This document shows positions 1 to 9,276 of a stretch of DNA of 64,000 nucleotides, piece by piece. A program made the translations under genes and the position numbers. The notes under the pieces were generated by a model, which did no database searches, was not told the DNA's origin, and worked only from the letters and a program-made list of their open reading frames with translations. This stretch comes from Calditrichales bacterium (lineage in GTDB: Bacteria > Calditrichota > Calditrichia > Calditrichales > J004), in NCBI GenBank assembly GCA_965267575.1, contig OZ254086.1, positions 704,001 to 768,000 of the forward strand, read 5' to 3'. Numbering within the stretch: position 1 is the stretch's first letter; each line of letters opens with the position of its first letter.

Positions 1-1
1 G

Positions 2-1174
2 CTGCCTCCGCGCACGGTAATCGAGCGTATGCGCGTGGTGAACAATCCAGGCGGAGAAGCTACACATATGGCGGCGTTCAGCGGAGAGCGCACAATGCAG
101 CTTGCCTACGACCAGAACGTGCTTGAATTCAGCTTTGTGGCCCCGGATTACAGCCACCCGGCCAAGATAACCTACGCCTACAAACTGGATGGCGTGGACC
201 GGGACTGGCAGTACACGCGGGAAAGGCGTTCGGCGGTTTACAGCAACCTGGGTCCCGGCAGCTATGTTTTCCAGGTAAGGGCGGCCAGCAATGACGGCCT
301 GTGGAATCCGCGGCCGGCGCGGCTTTTTCTGACCATTACGCCGCCCTTCTGGCAAACCGGCTGGTTTTACGCGCTGGCTGTTTCCGTCGCTTTGCTGATT
401 GTTGTTCTGGCCTATCGCCGGCATCTGTCGCATAAAACACGCCAGGCGGTAGAGCGCGAACGCATCCGCGTGCAGGAACAGGCCCGTGTGCGCAGCAAAA
501 CGGCGCACGATTTCCACGATGAGCTGGGACACCGTCTTACACGTATCGCCTTTCTTTGCCGCCAGATGGACCTTTTGCCCACGTTTTCCGAAGCCGAATT
601 GCGCAAAATGATCAGCCAGATCCAGGATAACACCAATCAGCTTTACATGGGCGCGCGTGACTTTATCTGGGCCATCGATCCGCGCAACGACAGCTTTTAT
701 GAAATGGCCATCCGCATGAAAGATTTTGGTGATGAATTGTTTGACGGCAGCTCCGTACATTTCCAGGTGGATGGTTTTGATCAGCGCATGCAAAAGCTTT
801 TTCTGGACATGGACCGCCGCCGCCATATTCCGCTGATCTTTAAGGAGGCGATGAACAATATTTTTAAATACGCCGGGGCCGCCCGCGTCAGCCTGCGTTT
901 TGCCTGCAGCGGCAATGAGTTTTCAATAACACTGCGCGACGACGGCAACGGCTTTGATCCGCATAACGTTCGCCGCGGCATCGGACTGGAAAGTATGCGC
1001 ATGCGCGCCGAAAAAAGCGATGTACTGCTAAAAATACATTCGGAACCGGGCGCCGGCACGGAAATAACCTGCCGCGGAAAAATCACCCAACAAGGGGGAT
1101 TGCGCCGGATCGTGGCCGGGCGTATTCATAAGCAGGTTACAAATAACAAAGGAACGGAAGTACATGAAAGATGA
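2..1174 (+). CDS. Sensor histidine kinase, 5'-truncated by the window (Y_Y_Y domain, TM helix, HisKA_3-type H-box, HATPase_c)
   Basis: Frame is open from the window start. Y_Y_Y motif 'YAYKLDGVDRDW...YSNLGPGSYVFQVRA', 'PPFWQTGWF' plus TM helix, H-box 'AHDFHDELG', and 'KEAMNNIFKYA', 'DDGNGFD', 'GIGLESM', 'GAGT'. Confidence 0.93.
   Translation: MPPRTVIERMRVVNNPGGEATHMAAFSGERTMQLAYDQNVLEFSFVAPDYSHPAKITYAYKLDGVDRDWQYTRERRSAVYSNLGPGSYVFQVRAASNDGLWNPRPARLFLTITPPFWQTGWFYALAVSVALLIVVLAYRRHLSHKTRQAVERERIRVQEQARVRSKTAHDFHDELGHRLTRIAFLCRQMDLLPTFSEAELRKMISQIQDNTNQLYMGARDFIWAIDPRNDSFYEMAIRMKDFGDELFDGSSVHFQVDGFDQRMQKLFLDMDRRRHIPLIFKEAMNNIFKYAGAARVSLRFACSGNEFSITLRDDGNGFDPHNVRRGIGLESMRMRAEKSDVLLKIHSEPGAGTEITCRGKITQQGGLRRIVAGRIHKQVTNNKGTEVHER
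1081..1101. promoter_or_regulatory. Imperfect inverted repeat AATCACCC-N5-GGGGGATT, putative NarL/LuxR-type regulator site upstream of the response regulator
   Basis: 7/8 arm match. The same element recurs at 1800-1820 with identical spacing. TATTCAT lies about 20 nt downstream. Confidence 0.6.
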
Positions 1175-1796
1175 AACGATGATCAGTGTGGCCGTTGTGG
1201 AAGACGATGAACTAATCCGCGATGGCTTAAGCAGTCTGCTCGCCTACACACCGGGCTTTTCGCTGATTGCTTCATACGAGGCCTGCGAGCCTCTGCTGGA
1301 AAACCTGCAAACGCTGGACCCGGACGTGATCCTGATGGACGTGGGGCTGCCGGGCATAAGCGGCATTGAGGGCACGCGGCAGGTGAAAAAACAGCGCCCG
1401 CAGCAGGATATCATCATCCTTACCGTGCAGGACAATGACGACCTGGTGTTCGAAGCGTTGTGCGCCGGTGCCTGCGGCTATCTCACCAAGAACGTGGAGC
1501 CGGCGCGGTTGATCGAATCAATCCGCGATGTGCATAACGGCGGCGCCCCGATGAGCACGGCCATTGCCCGCAAGGTGATCTCCTCCTTCCAGCGCAACCA
1601 GCAATCACCGCTTACCCCGCGCGAAACCGAGGTGCTGGAACTACTGACCAAAGGCAAAAGCTACACCATGATCGCCGATGATTTATACGTGGACAAGGAA
1701 ACAATCCGCACACACATAAAAAATATTTACCGCAAACTGGAAGTACACTCCCGCGCCGAGGCCATCGAGAAGGCCCTTTCCCAAAAACTTGTCTGA
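1164..1796 (+). CDS. NarL/FixJ-family response regulator (REC + LuxR HTH)
   Basis: 'VVEDD', 'DVILMDVGLPG', 'GACGYLTK', 'LTPRETEVL...GKSY..IADDLYV...TIRTHIKNIYRKLEV'. Confidence 0.96.
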   Translation: MKDETMISVAVVEDDELIRDGLSSLLAYTPGFSLIASYEACEPLLENLQTLDPDVILMDVGLPGISGIEGTRQVKKQRPQQDIIILTVQDNDDLVFEALCAGACGYLTKNVEPARLIESIRDVHNGGAPMSTAIARKVISSFQRNQQSPLTPRETEVLELLTKGKSYTMIADDLYVDKETIRTHIKNIYRKLEVHSRAEAIEKALSQKLV

Positions 1797-1799
1797 AAA

Positions 1800-1820
1800 A
1801 ATCACCCAAACGAGGGGATT
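1800..1820. promoter_or_regulatory. Second copy, AATCACCC-N5-AGGGGATT, putative regulator site for the downstream operon
   Basis: Directly after the regulator stop codon. A -10-like TATATT follows at 1841-1846. Confidence 0.6.
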
Positions 1821-1879
1821 TACCCGCCATACAGGCAGCGTATATTGCAGTCAATTGTCAAACCAAACATGGGGGAGCC

Positions 1880-4243
1880 ATGAGACTGCAATCGATCATT
1901 CTACTGATCACGCTGCCTGTTTTTTTATGGGCGCAAACATTCACTAAAGTTACCGATGACAGCAATCCTGTTGTCAGCGCCAATTATCCGGGCAACTATT
2001 CCGGCACCGCGTTTATCGATTTTGACAACGATGGTGTGCTGGACCTTTACAACACCAACACCTTTCTGTTTCGCGGATTGGGCGGCGGTGACTTTGAACA
2101 ACTGAACACGGTTATCGGCAGTAATATCAATATTCAGCTTGGTAACGGCACATCCTGGGCCGATGCCGACAATGACGGCGACCTGGATTGCTTTTACGCC
2201 GGCAATCCCAGCCTGGTATACCTCAATAACGGCGACGGCACATTTACGGAAAGCACGGGCGGCGACCTGAACCGCGACGTGGATAACCGCGGCTGGACCG
2301 GCGCCTGGGGCGATTATGACAACGACGGCTTCGTGGATGTGGTTATCGCTCACCCGGCCGGCTTTATCGGGCTGCCGACGCCGTCTCACCTGTTGCATAA
2401 TGACGGCGACGGTCGCTTCACCAAAGTGGATACCTTTCACTTTACGCAGAACACCGCGCCATACACCGTTGCCACCTGGAACGATTTTGACCTGGACGGC
2501 GACATCGACCTGTTTATCGGCAGCGGTCCCGCCGGGACTTCGGCGCCGGACAATATTTACCGCAATATGCTGCAGGAAACGGGCACGGCCGACCTGGTGC
2601 GCATAACCGATCTGCCTTTTGCCACAGACGAACAGGACGGCCAGACCTGGAACTGGGTGGACTATGACAACGACGGCGATCTGGATGGTTTTATTACCAA
2701 CTACGGCGGCGCGCCAAACCGTTTCTATGTCAATGAAAACGGTACCTACAACTCCGTGCAGAATGCCATGACCATTGCCGGCAACCACCTGGCCAACAGC
2801 TGGGGCGACCTGGACAATGACGGCGACCTGGATGTCATCATCAGCAGCGAAAGCGGCAATCTCTATTTCCGCAATGATGACGGCACCTTCGTTTCAGCAT
2901 CCGCTGCTTTTGTTAAGACCGGCGCCACCCGCGGCGTTACGCTGGGCGATGTGGACAACGATGGCGACCTGGACGTCTTTATTTCCGGCGGCGGCGACGG
3001 AGCCGGCTATTACCTCAATGAAAGCGGCAACAGCAACAACTGGCTGATCGTCTCGCTGGAGGGTACGGTCTCCAACAAAGCAGCCATTGGCGCCAAAGTG
3101 CGTGTACGCGCTCAAATCGGCGATGAGACGGTCTGGCAGATGCGCGAGATTTCCGCACAGAACAGTTTTAACAGCCACAACAGCCTGCGCGCCCATTTCG
3201 GCCTGGCCCAGACATCCACGGTAGATTCGCTGATCGTGGAATGGCCATCGGGACAGAAAACAGAGATGGGCGAGCTTTCCGCCAACCAGTTTCTGTCTAT
3301 CCGGGAAGAGGTGCCGGCAGGATTTCTGCGTGCCAACTTCAGAGCCGATAATGTCACCGGGCCGGACACGCTGACGGTGCAGTTTGAAGATCTCAGCATT
3401 GCCGATCCTGACCAGCCCGTTGTCTCTTATGCCTGGGATTTTAACGAAGACGGCATCACGGATTCCGAAGAGCAAAATCCGTCCTATGGTTTTAACGACG
3501 ATGACAGCCTCTATTCGGTGACGCTGACCGTAAGAACGGCCACGGACAGCATGACTTTCACCCGGGAAAACTATATCCGCATGACAGGCGCCCTGCCGGA
3601 CATTCAAATGTCCGAAGCCGGCTTTTCATTCGGACGCATTTTGAACGATGTTGCCGAAGTGGACACTTCATTCTATGTTTACAACTCGGGCACCGCGCCG
3701 GACACGCTGACGGCCTACCTGACCAACATCCGCTCGGAAACGGACAGCAGCGGCCAGAAGGTGGAGCCGGAAATGTTTGTAGTGGCGCCGATGGATTCGC
3801 ATGAAGTCACTTTTACGTTTTATCCGCCGCAACTCTCTATCGGGCTGCACCGCACCGAGATCATCATCGAGGCGCGTAACAATCCGGAACAGCAAATGTG
3901 GGCCAAGCGCATGACCTTTAACATCGCCCTGGCCTCGTCAATCGGCGATGATACGCAAAAGCCGCTGCGTTTCGCCCTGCAGGGCAACTACCCCAATCCG
4001 TTTAATCCTTCTACGCGGATTGCCTTTTCGCTGGCGGCCAGGTCTGACGTGGAACTGGCGGTTTACAACAGCGCGGGGCAAAAGATCAGAACGCTGATAC
4101 GCAACCCGATGAACGCCGGTGAGCATCACGTAACCTGGGACGGCCGCAATGAAAAAGGTGAAGCCGTCGCTTCGGGGCTCTATTTTTACCGTATCCGCGC
4201 CGGTGCTTTTGTAGCCACACGCAAAATGGTACTGATACGCTGA
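1880..4243 (+). CDS. Secreted FG-GAP/CRTAC1-like beta-propeller protein with ASPIC/UnbV, PKD and FlgD-Ig C-terminal domains
   Basis: Signal peptide, repeated 'D.DNDGDLD' motifs, 'SNKAAIGAKV...AHFGL...VEWPSG', PKD 'YAWDFNEDG', and C-terminal 'NYPNPFNPST...WDGRNEKGEAVASGLYFY'. Confidence 0.9.
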   Translation: MRLQSIILLITLPVFLWAQTFTKVTDDSNPVVSANYPGNYSGTAFIDFDNDGVLDLYNTNTFLFRGLGGGDFEQLNTVIGSNINIQLGNGTSWADADNDGDLDCFYAGNPSLVYLNNGDGTFTESTGGDLNRDVDNRGWTGAWGDYDNDGFVDVVIAHPAGFIGLPTPSHLLHNDGDGRFTKVDTFHFTQNTAPYTVATWNDFDLDGDIDLFIGSGPAGTSAPDNIYRNMLQETGTADLVRITDLPFATDEQDGQTWNWVDYDNDGDLDGFITNYGGAPNRFYVNENGTYNSVQNAMTIAGNHLANSWGDLDNDGDLDVIISSESGNLYFRNDDGTFVSASAAFVKTGATRGVTLGDVDNDGDLDVFISGGGDGAGYYLNESGNSNNWLIVSLEGTVSNKAAIGAKVRVRAQIGDETVWQMREISAQNSFNSHNSLRAHFGLAQTSTVDSLIVEWPSGQKTEMGELSANQFLSIREEVPAGFLRANFRADNVTGPDTLTVQFEDLSIADPDQPVVSYAWDFNEDGITDSEEQNPSYGFNDDDSLYSVTLTVRTATDSMTFTRENYIRMTGALPDIQMSEAGFSFGRILNDVAEVDTSFYVYNSGTAPDTLTAYLTNIRSETDSSGQKVEPEMFVVAPMDSHEVTFTFYPPQLSIGLHRTEIIIEARNNPEQQMWAKRMTFNIALASSIGDDTQKPLRFALQGNYPNPFNPSTRIAFSLAARSDVELAVYNSAGQKIRTLIRNPMNAGEHHVTWDGRNEKGEAVASGLYFYRIRAGAFVATRKMVLIR

Positions 4244-4292
4244 CAATATTCGTAAAGCAGGCAGTCGAACAATCAGGAACAGAGGAAAAATT

Positions 4293-4934
4293 ATGCAGAG
4301 CAACACAGAACTAAAAAAATGGATACAAATTGCTATCATCAGCGGCTTCGCGGCGGACGCCTGCTACCTGCTGGCCACACAGGTTTCCATATCACCCTCC
4401 GTGAACCGTCTTCTGTTCTTCGCCTTCGGCCCGTTTATGATTGTGTCCGTAACCGGTTTGTATAAGCTGCTTACACACGAACGCGGCAGCATAGCGGCGC
4501 AGCTGGGGACGCTCTTCCTGGTATTGTCCGGCGTCACCCATACGATCATGGCCACCATGCAGGGCGCCAACCGCGTGAGGATGCGTGAGCTGATTGCCGG
4601 GGCGGAAGGTCCGTCACAGGAAGAAATATACAAGGCGGTTTACCGCGGTGTTTTTTCCAGCCAGGCCGGCGTGGATATGGCCTTTGATATTTTTATCTCG
4701 CTGGGTGTGATCCTGGTGGCGCTGTCTATGTGGCATCGGCCGGGTTTCGGCCGTATCGTCAGCATACTGGGCATTGTGATAGCCGCGACCGGGCTTTCGT
4801 TTAACGTCATCGCTTTTCCGCATAATGCCGGCAATGTAGGTCTGGTTGACCCCGGGCCCTTTTTCGGCTTCTGGTTTCTGGTCGTTGTTATCCTGATGAT
4901 CCGGGCGCTGCCTAAAGTTCCGGCACAGGCCTGA
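4293..4934 (+). CDS. Integral membrane protein (about 6 TM, DUF4386-like)
   Basis: Multiple hydrophobic segments; GAGG RBS. Confidence 0.7.
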   Translation: MQSNTELKKWIQIAIISGFAADACYLLATQVSISPSVNRLLFFAFGPFMIVSVTGLYKLLTHERGSIAAQLGTLFLVLSGVTHTIMATMQGANRVRMRELIAGAEGPSQEEIYKAVYRGVFSSQAGVDMAFDIFISLGVILVALSMWHRPGFGRIVSILGIVIAATGLSFNVIAFPHNAGNVGLVDPGPFFGFWFLVVVILMIRALPKVPAQA

Positions 4935-4965
4935 ACCAATCACCACAGAAAAAGGAGTAACCGAC

Positions 4966-5463
4966 ATGATTCTTACATCCTTTCGCATCACGCTGCTGGC
5001 CTTAACGATGCTTTTCGCCATTGCCCAGCAGCAGCCCTGCCAGAGCGAGCAGGCGAGACAGTTCGACTTCTGGCTGGGTAACTGGGATGCCAGCTGGGAA
5101 GGCGGCAGCGGCAGCAACAGCGTCAGTAAAATACTGGGGAGCTGCGTAGTGTATGAGCAGTTTGAGGCCAACGATGAAAAGCCGCTGATCGGCAAGAGCG
5201 TTTCCGTTTACGACCCGCGGGCCAACGTCTGGCGGCAAACCTGGGTGGACAACAGCGGCGGCTATCTGGATTTTGAAGGCGGCTGGCAGAGTGACAGGAT
5301 GGTCCTTTCGCGCAGCTTTGAGCGCAACGGCAAGACCATTATGCAGCGCATGGTGTGGTACAACATTAAACAGGATGCTTTTGACTGGAACTGGGAAAAA
5401 TCGGAGGATGGCGGCGAAAGCTGGACAGTGAACTGGCAGATACATTACACGCGCCGCAAATAA
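4966..5463 (+). CDS. Secreted small beta-rich protein (DUF1579-like)
   Basis: Signal peptide; 'QFDFWLGNW', 'WRQTWVDNSG', 'WEKSEDGGESW...W.IHYTR'; AGGAG RBS. Confidence 0.75.
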   Translation: MILTSFRITLLALTMLFAIAQQQPCQSEQARQFDFWLGNWDASWEGGSGSNSVSKILGSCVVYEQFEANDEKPLIGKSVSVYDPRANVWRQTWVDNSGGYLDFEGGWQSDRMVLSRSFERNGKTIMQRMVWYNIKQDAFDWNWEKSEDGGESWTVNWQIHYTRRK

Positions 5464-5488
5464 CCGAGGGGTAGCGCACCTTCCCCGG

Positions 5489-5530
5489 AAGCGTTGCTTT
5501 TTGCCAATTGGCAGGGGCAACGCTTTTTTT
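5489..5530 (+). terminator. Intrinsic terminator between convergent genes
   Basis: AAGCGTTGC...GCAACGCTT stem followed by a T run. Confidence 0.8.
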
Positions 5531-5536
5531 ATAGTT

Positions 5537-6817
5537 CTAATGTCTTTGAACGATTGTCACAACGGCTTGATTTGATTTATATCCACAAACGGCAACTGTA
5601 TTACCATTCACTGAGCACTGGGCATAGCCACCGCTGGATTCTCTTTTAAGTTGTTTCCACGTTTTGCCATTGAAATGGGAAATAAACAGAAAATCACCTA
5701 CTACAAATATGTCGTTAATATCATTTCCGCGTATTTGATGTTTTAATTCATTTCCCTGAAAGCGTTGATCTTGCTTCCATTTTTCAGATCTATCATAAAC
5801 CCAGATGCCGTCATCTGTTGCCGTATATATTTTATCTGTAGTCTTGCCCCATATTGAATAGGCCTTTAAAGCCTTTTTCCAATCAAAGACAGGGTTAGCG
5901 GAACTTGGGGTTACCTGAAGAAGCTCGCCTTCTGTAAGCTGATATTTGTTTCCAAGGGTAGCAAAAACATCCATCTTTTGCGTAAGCTCATTGTATATCC
6001 CATAGATATCGTTTACCGGCAGCTCAATAGTGTTGGGAATCAAATGATAGGTCTTGGAATTGGAATAGATCAAATTGCCATTTTTGGCCCCGAAATAAAA
6101 AGAAGTATCTGTTAGGGCAAAAAAAGTATACAGCAAACTATAGTCTGATGAATTTAGATATTCACGCATCAACAAAGAAGAGCGTACCGTTTCATTCCAT
6201 CTATATAACGTTGCTCCACTTGATAGCCAAACGTCTTTTTTAAACTCAACGCCAGAAAAACCTGGATCATAGTCAAACCCAAAATACGGTACTATCAATG
6301 CTTCAAATTCCCAGTCACTGCCATCCCATCTGGCCATGTTATAACGATTGCCATTTACAAAAAACTCTCCAACGGCTATGACGAGATTATCATTGACAAC
6401 TACGACATCATAAAATTCACTAATGTCTTCGGTGCCAAAAATATAATCAGTAATGATAAAGTCGTGGCTGGTGGTGTCCATGGTGGTTACGGTCAAGCTG
6501 CTGCGTTCGCTGCTGTCGCCACCTTTGCGGGCCCAGGCGCTGTAGCTATAGGTTGTGGCCGGCTGCAGGTCCGTGTCGTGGAGGAGGGTGTCGGCGCTTT
6601 GCAGCCTGCCTTCAAATAGAATGGTTGTATCGCGCTGCACTATATAGGTGGCGTCGCCCTTCAGCGGGTTGCTACTCAGGGTTATCCAGCATTCCGTTAC
6701 TGCGGCGTCCACGTCCAGGGTTAATTCCTGGTCTTTGAAGATGGACGGGCTTTCAGAGCAGGCATAGCACAAGGCTATTAACATGATGCTTAGAAAAGGA
6801 ATAAATTTTTGTCGCAC
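5537..6817 (-). CDS. Lipoprotein: Fn3-like N-terminal module, 'TMDTTSHDF' linker, beta-propeller-like C-terminal region
   Basis: Lipobox 'LCYAC'; Fn3-like 'DTDLQPATTYSY'; propeller-like 'ARWDGSDW', 'HFNGKTWK'. Sharp GC switch near 6460. Confidence 0.75.
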   Translation of the reverse strand: MRQKFIPFLSIMLIALCYACSESPSIFKDQELTLDVDAAVTECWITLSSNPLKGDATYIVQRDTTILFEGRLQSADTLLHDTDLQPATTYSYSAWARKGGDSSERSSLTVTTMDTTSHDFIITDYIFGTEDISEFYDVVVVNDNLVIAVGEFFVNGNRYNMARWDGSDWEFEALIVPYFGFDYDPGFSGVEFKKDVWLSSGATLYRWNETVRSSLLMREYLNSSDYSLLYTFFALTDTSFYFGAKNGNLIYSNSKTYHLIPNTIELPVNDIYGIYNELTQKMDVFATLGNKYQLTEGELLQVTPSSANPVFDWKKALKAYSIWGKTTDKIYTATDDGIWVYDRSEKWKQDQRFQGNELKHQIRGNDINDIFVVGDFLFISHFNGKTWKQLKRESSGGYAQCSVNGNTVAVCGYKSNQAVVTIVQRH

Positions 6818-6929
6818 GTCTTAACCGCAAAAGTTTAAGGTTAGAGCAATATACAAAAAGTACGATAAAGCGTGTTATGGTTATGGGGGATGCAGACTAA
6901 TTGTTTTCCTGGAATGAACGTTTTTCCGG

Positions 6930-6953
6930 AGACCCTGAAACGAGTTCAGGGTG
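6930..6953. repeat. REP-like palindrome AGACCCTGAA-ACGAG-TTCAGGGTG
   Basis: Perfect 8-bp stem. Related to the reverse complement of 32875-32900, with one compensatory base pair. Confidence 0.65.
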
Positions 6954-6987
6954 TTCGATTGTCAGAGGCGAAACTCCAGCTGATTAT

Positions 6988-7014
6988 ATCCTGTCCATCC
7001 TGAGTATCCTGTCA
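6988..7014. repeat. 9-bp periodic repeat ATCCTGnnn x3
   Basis: ATCCTGTCC ATCCTGAGT ATCCTGTCA. Confidence 0.6.
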
Positions 7015-7050
7015 AAAAAAAAAACGGCCACTGAAAAACAGCAGCCGTTC
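7014..7050 (-). terminator. Intrinsic terminator of the PPIase gene
   Basis: On the minus strand, AACGGCTGCTG/CAGTGGCCGTT stem followed by a long U run. Confidence 0.8.
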
Positions 7051-7070
7051 CAAAAATGCAATCAGCGTTG

Positions 7071-8069
7071 TTAGCTGATTTTTAGTTCGAAGTCATATTC
7101 TTCGCGCAGCTTTTCGTAAGTCTCTTCAACAACGTTGCGCATGCGCATCTGGCGCAGTTCGTTGGCCAGGGCTTCACGCGGACGGTCTTCCTTTTTGCGG
7201 TCTATGATCTGCAGAATGTGGAAGCCGTAGCGCGTTTCCACGATGTCGCTGATTGTGCCGATGGGCAGGTTGAAGGCAGCGCTGTCAAACGGCGGTACCA
7301 TTTGTCCGCGCGGGAAGTCTTCGTACAGTCCGCCCTTTTCTTTTGAGCCCGGATCTTCGGAATACTCTTTGGCCAGTTCGGCAAAGTCTTCACCTTCACG
7401 GGCCTGCTTCAGGATATCTTCCATTTTGTTTCTTACCTGGGCTTTTTCCTCTTCCGGCTTGCCCTGGGTCATCAGCAGCACGTGGCGCACCGTAGCATAG
7501 CGGTCCATGGCCTGCAGGCTATCGATGGCGCTTTCGCTCACTTCCAGCTTATCTTCATTCTTTTTCTGGATATACATGCGGCCTATTTCCTGCGCTTTGA
7601 TTTCCTGATGCAGGTCTTCCAGTTTGATATTATGCTGATTCAGAAACTTCTCAAAGTTTTCGCGCCCGCCGGCCTGGGCAAACTGGCGCTCCATAATGTT
7701 ATCGACGCTGCTGTCGGCTACCGTCACGCCCAGATCTTCCGCGTCATCCAGAACGATCTGACGATCGGCCAGGCGCGACGCGTATTCTTTTACCAGGCTC
7801 TTCAGGTTTTCCGCGTTCTGCTGCTTAAGCATCGCTGTCTGCGGCCCAAAGTTCAGGCGCATCTGGCGTACCACGTCACCGGCGGTTACATCGTAAATAG
7901 ATGTTGTGGCCAAAACCATGTTTTTATCAGGATCGAGCCATTCAACTTTTTCTGAAAGTTCTTTGGCCAGTTCGTAATTTGGTGTTCCGGGCTCAAGTTT
8001 GGCGCCCTGCTGTTTTTGCGTGCAGGAAACGGCCATTAAAGCGATCAGAACAAAAAGCATTTTTCTCAT
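7071..8069 (-). CDS. Parvulin/PpiC-type peptidyl-prolyl isomerase lipoprotein (SurA/PrsA-like)
   Basis: Lipobox 'MAVSC'; 'VRHVLL', 'DFAELAKEYSEDPGSKEKGG', 'GQMVPPFD.AAF', 'VETRYGFHI'. Start placed at ATG 8069 behind GGAG. Confidence 0.92.
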   Translation of the reverse strand: MRKMLFVLIALMAVSCTQKQQGAKLEPGTPNYELAKELSEKVEWLDPDKNMVLATTSIYDVTAGDVVRQMRLNFGPQTAMLKQQNAENLKSLVKEYASRLADRQIVLDDAEDLGVTVADSSVDNIMERQFAQAGGRENFEKFLNQHNIKLEDLHQEIKAQEIGRMYIQKKNEDKLEVSESAIDSLQAMDRYATVRHVLLMTQGKPEEEKAQVRNKMEDILKQAREGEDFAELAKEYSEDPGSKEKGGLYEDFPRGQMVPPFDSAAFNLPIGTISDIVETRYGFHILQIIDRKKEDRPREALANELRQMRMRNVVEETYEKLREEYDFELKIS

Positions 8070-8149
8070 TGCTATCTCCATAAATGATTGGTTAGTTATC
8101 AGGTACAGATCGCAGAACTTACGATTAATAACAGAGAAAGCAAAATTTT

Positions 8150-8986
8150 ATGGAAGCTGTTTTGCAAGCGTTAAAGGCTTATTGGGAGAAGATAGGTTTA
8201 CCGTCTCAAAGCCATCTTCTTCTGCATGCCGCCTTCCGCCGGATACGCGCGGCTTTCCCCGGGATTACGCCGCAGATTCTGCTGGAAAGCCTGCGATCGC
8301 GCCTGCTTCCTGAAGGCTCACTGATAATGCCTGCGTTCAGCTACACGTTTGAAAAGTCAAACGAAGCGGTCACGCCTTTTTCCCGGCAGGATACACCCTC
8401 TGCTGTGGGTGCTGTTTCCGAGTATTTCCGCCAAATGCCCGGCGTAGCGCGAACGGCCTCAGCCACGCATTCATTTGTCTTTTACGGCAGGATCGCTGAA
8501 GAATTCGATACTGGCAAAACGCCCTCCAGTCCGCTAGGTAAAGACAGCGTTTTGGACTGGCTGGCGCAACGTGATAACGCGTGGGTTCTGCTTCTGGGTT
8601 GTGATTTCACATCGCTGAGCTTTGGGCACTGGCTGGAGACACAGGCACCCGTACCCTGGTCCGATACCTTTTGCTGGCACTACCTCGATGTACGGCCGGC
8701 GGGCCTTTCCGAAAACGGACGCCAGAAGCTGCGTGAGGTGCCGGGCTGCAGCAAAAGCTTTATCCGCTTTGAAGAGTACCTGCTGGACAAGGACCTGATA
8801 CAGCCTTTACCGGCGCCGATGCAAAAAGGCTACCTGGCTCGAACGTCAATGCTGGTGGAAGAAGGCTTGCCCTTTTTCCGCAATAACGCGCACCAGTTGC
8901 TCTGTAAACCTGGCAGCTGCGCCGCCTGTGATGAACGCTGGTTCAGCCACATCGACGAGCTGCGCGGCAGAATGGGTGGGGGATAG
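8150..8986 (+). CDS. AAC(3)/YokD-family N-acetyltransferase
   Basis: 'LLLHAAF', 'GSLIMPAF', 'TPSAVGAVSEYFR..PGV.R', 'LLLGC...SFGHWLE'; C-terminal Cys cluster. Confidence 0.8.
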   Translation: MEAVLQALKAYWEKIGLPSQSHLLLHAAFRRIRAAFPGITPQILLESLRSRLLPEGSLIMPAFSYTFEKSNEAVTPFSRQDTPSAVGAVSEYFRQMPGVARTASATHSFVFYGRIAEEFDTGKTPSSPLGKDSVLDWLAQRDNAWVLLLGCDFTSLSFGHWLETQAPVPWSDTFCWHYLDVRPAGLSENGRQKLREVPGCSKSFIRFEEYLLDKDLIQPLPAPMQKGYLARTSMLVEEGLPFFRNNAHQLLCKPGSCAACDERWFSHIDELRGRMGGG

Positions 8987-9048
8987 GTATTAAGGTGTTA
9001 AGGTGTTAAGGTGTTAAGGTGTTAAGGTGTTAAGGTGTTAAGGTGTTA
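8985..9048. repeat. Tandem octamer (AGGTGTTA)x7 plus one imperfect copy
   Basis: AGGTATTA at 8985-8992 (overlapping the stop codon), then seven exact copies at 8993-9048. Confidence 0.97.
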
Positions 9049-9276
9049 AAAATTAATACTTATTTCAGATACACGGCAATCCATTGCGCAATTCAGGCTC
9101 TTTTTCCTTCTCATTATCGTTATCATTCTCACTTTTATACTTTTGCTCTTTAAGCCTGCCGGCGCGGGAAAATCCGCGCAATTTTTGACCCATGCCAAAA
9201 AAGAGAGAGATGTTTGGCTTATATTTGCTCTATCCAAAAACGACAACTCACTTTTGAAACGGTACGGAGAATCCTT

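Noticed and set aside
8985-9048. Possible CRISPR array
   Set aside because: 8-bp units with no spacers and no cas genes; a simple tandem repeat.
9214-9276. TTG-start extension of the subtilase
   Set aside because: ATG 9277 has a GGAG RBS and starts a typical signal peptide.
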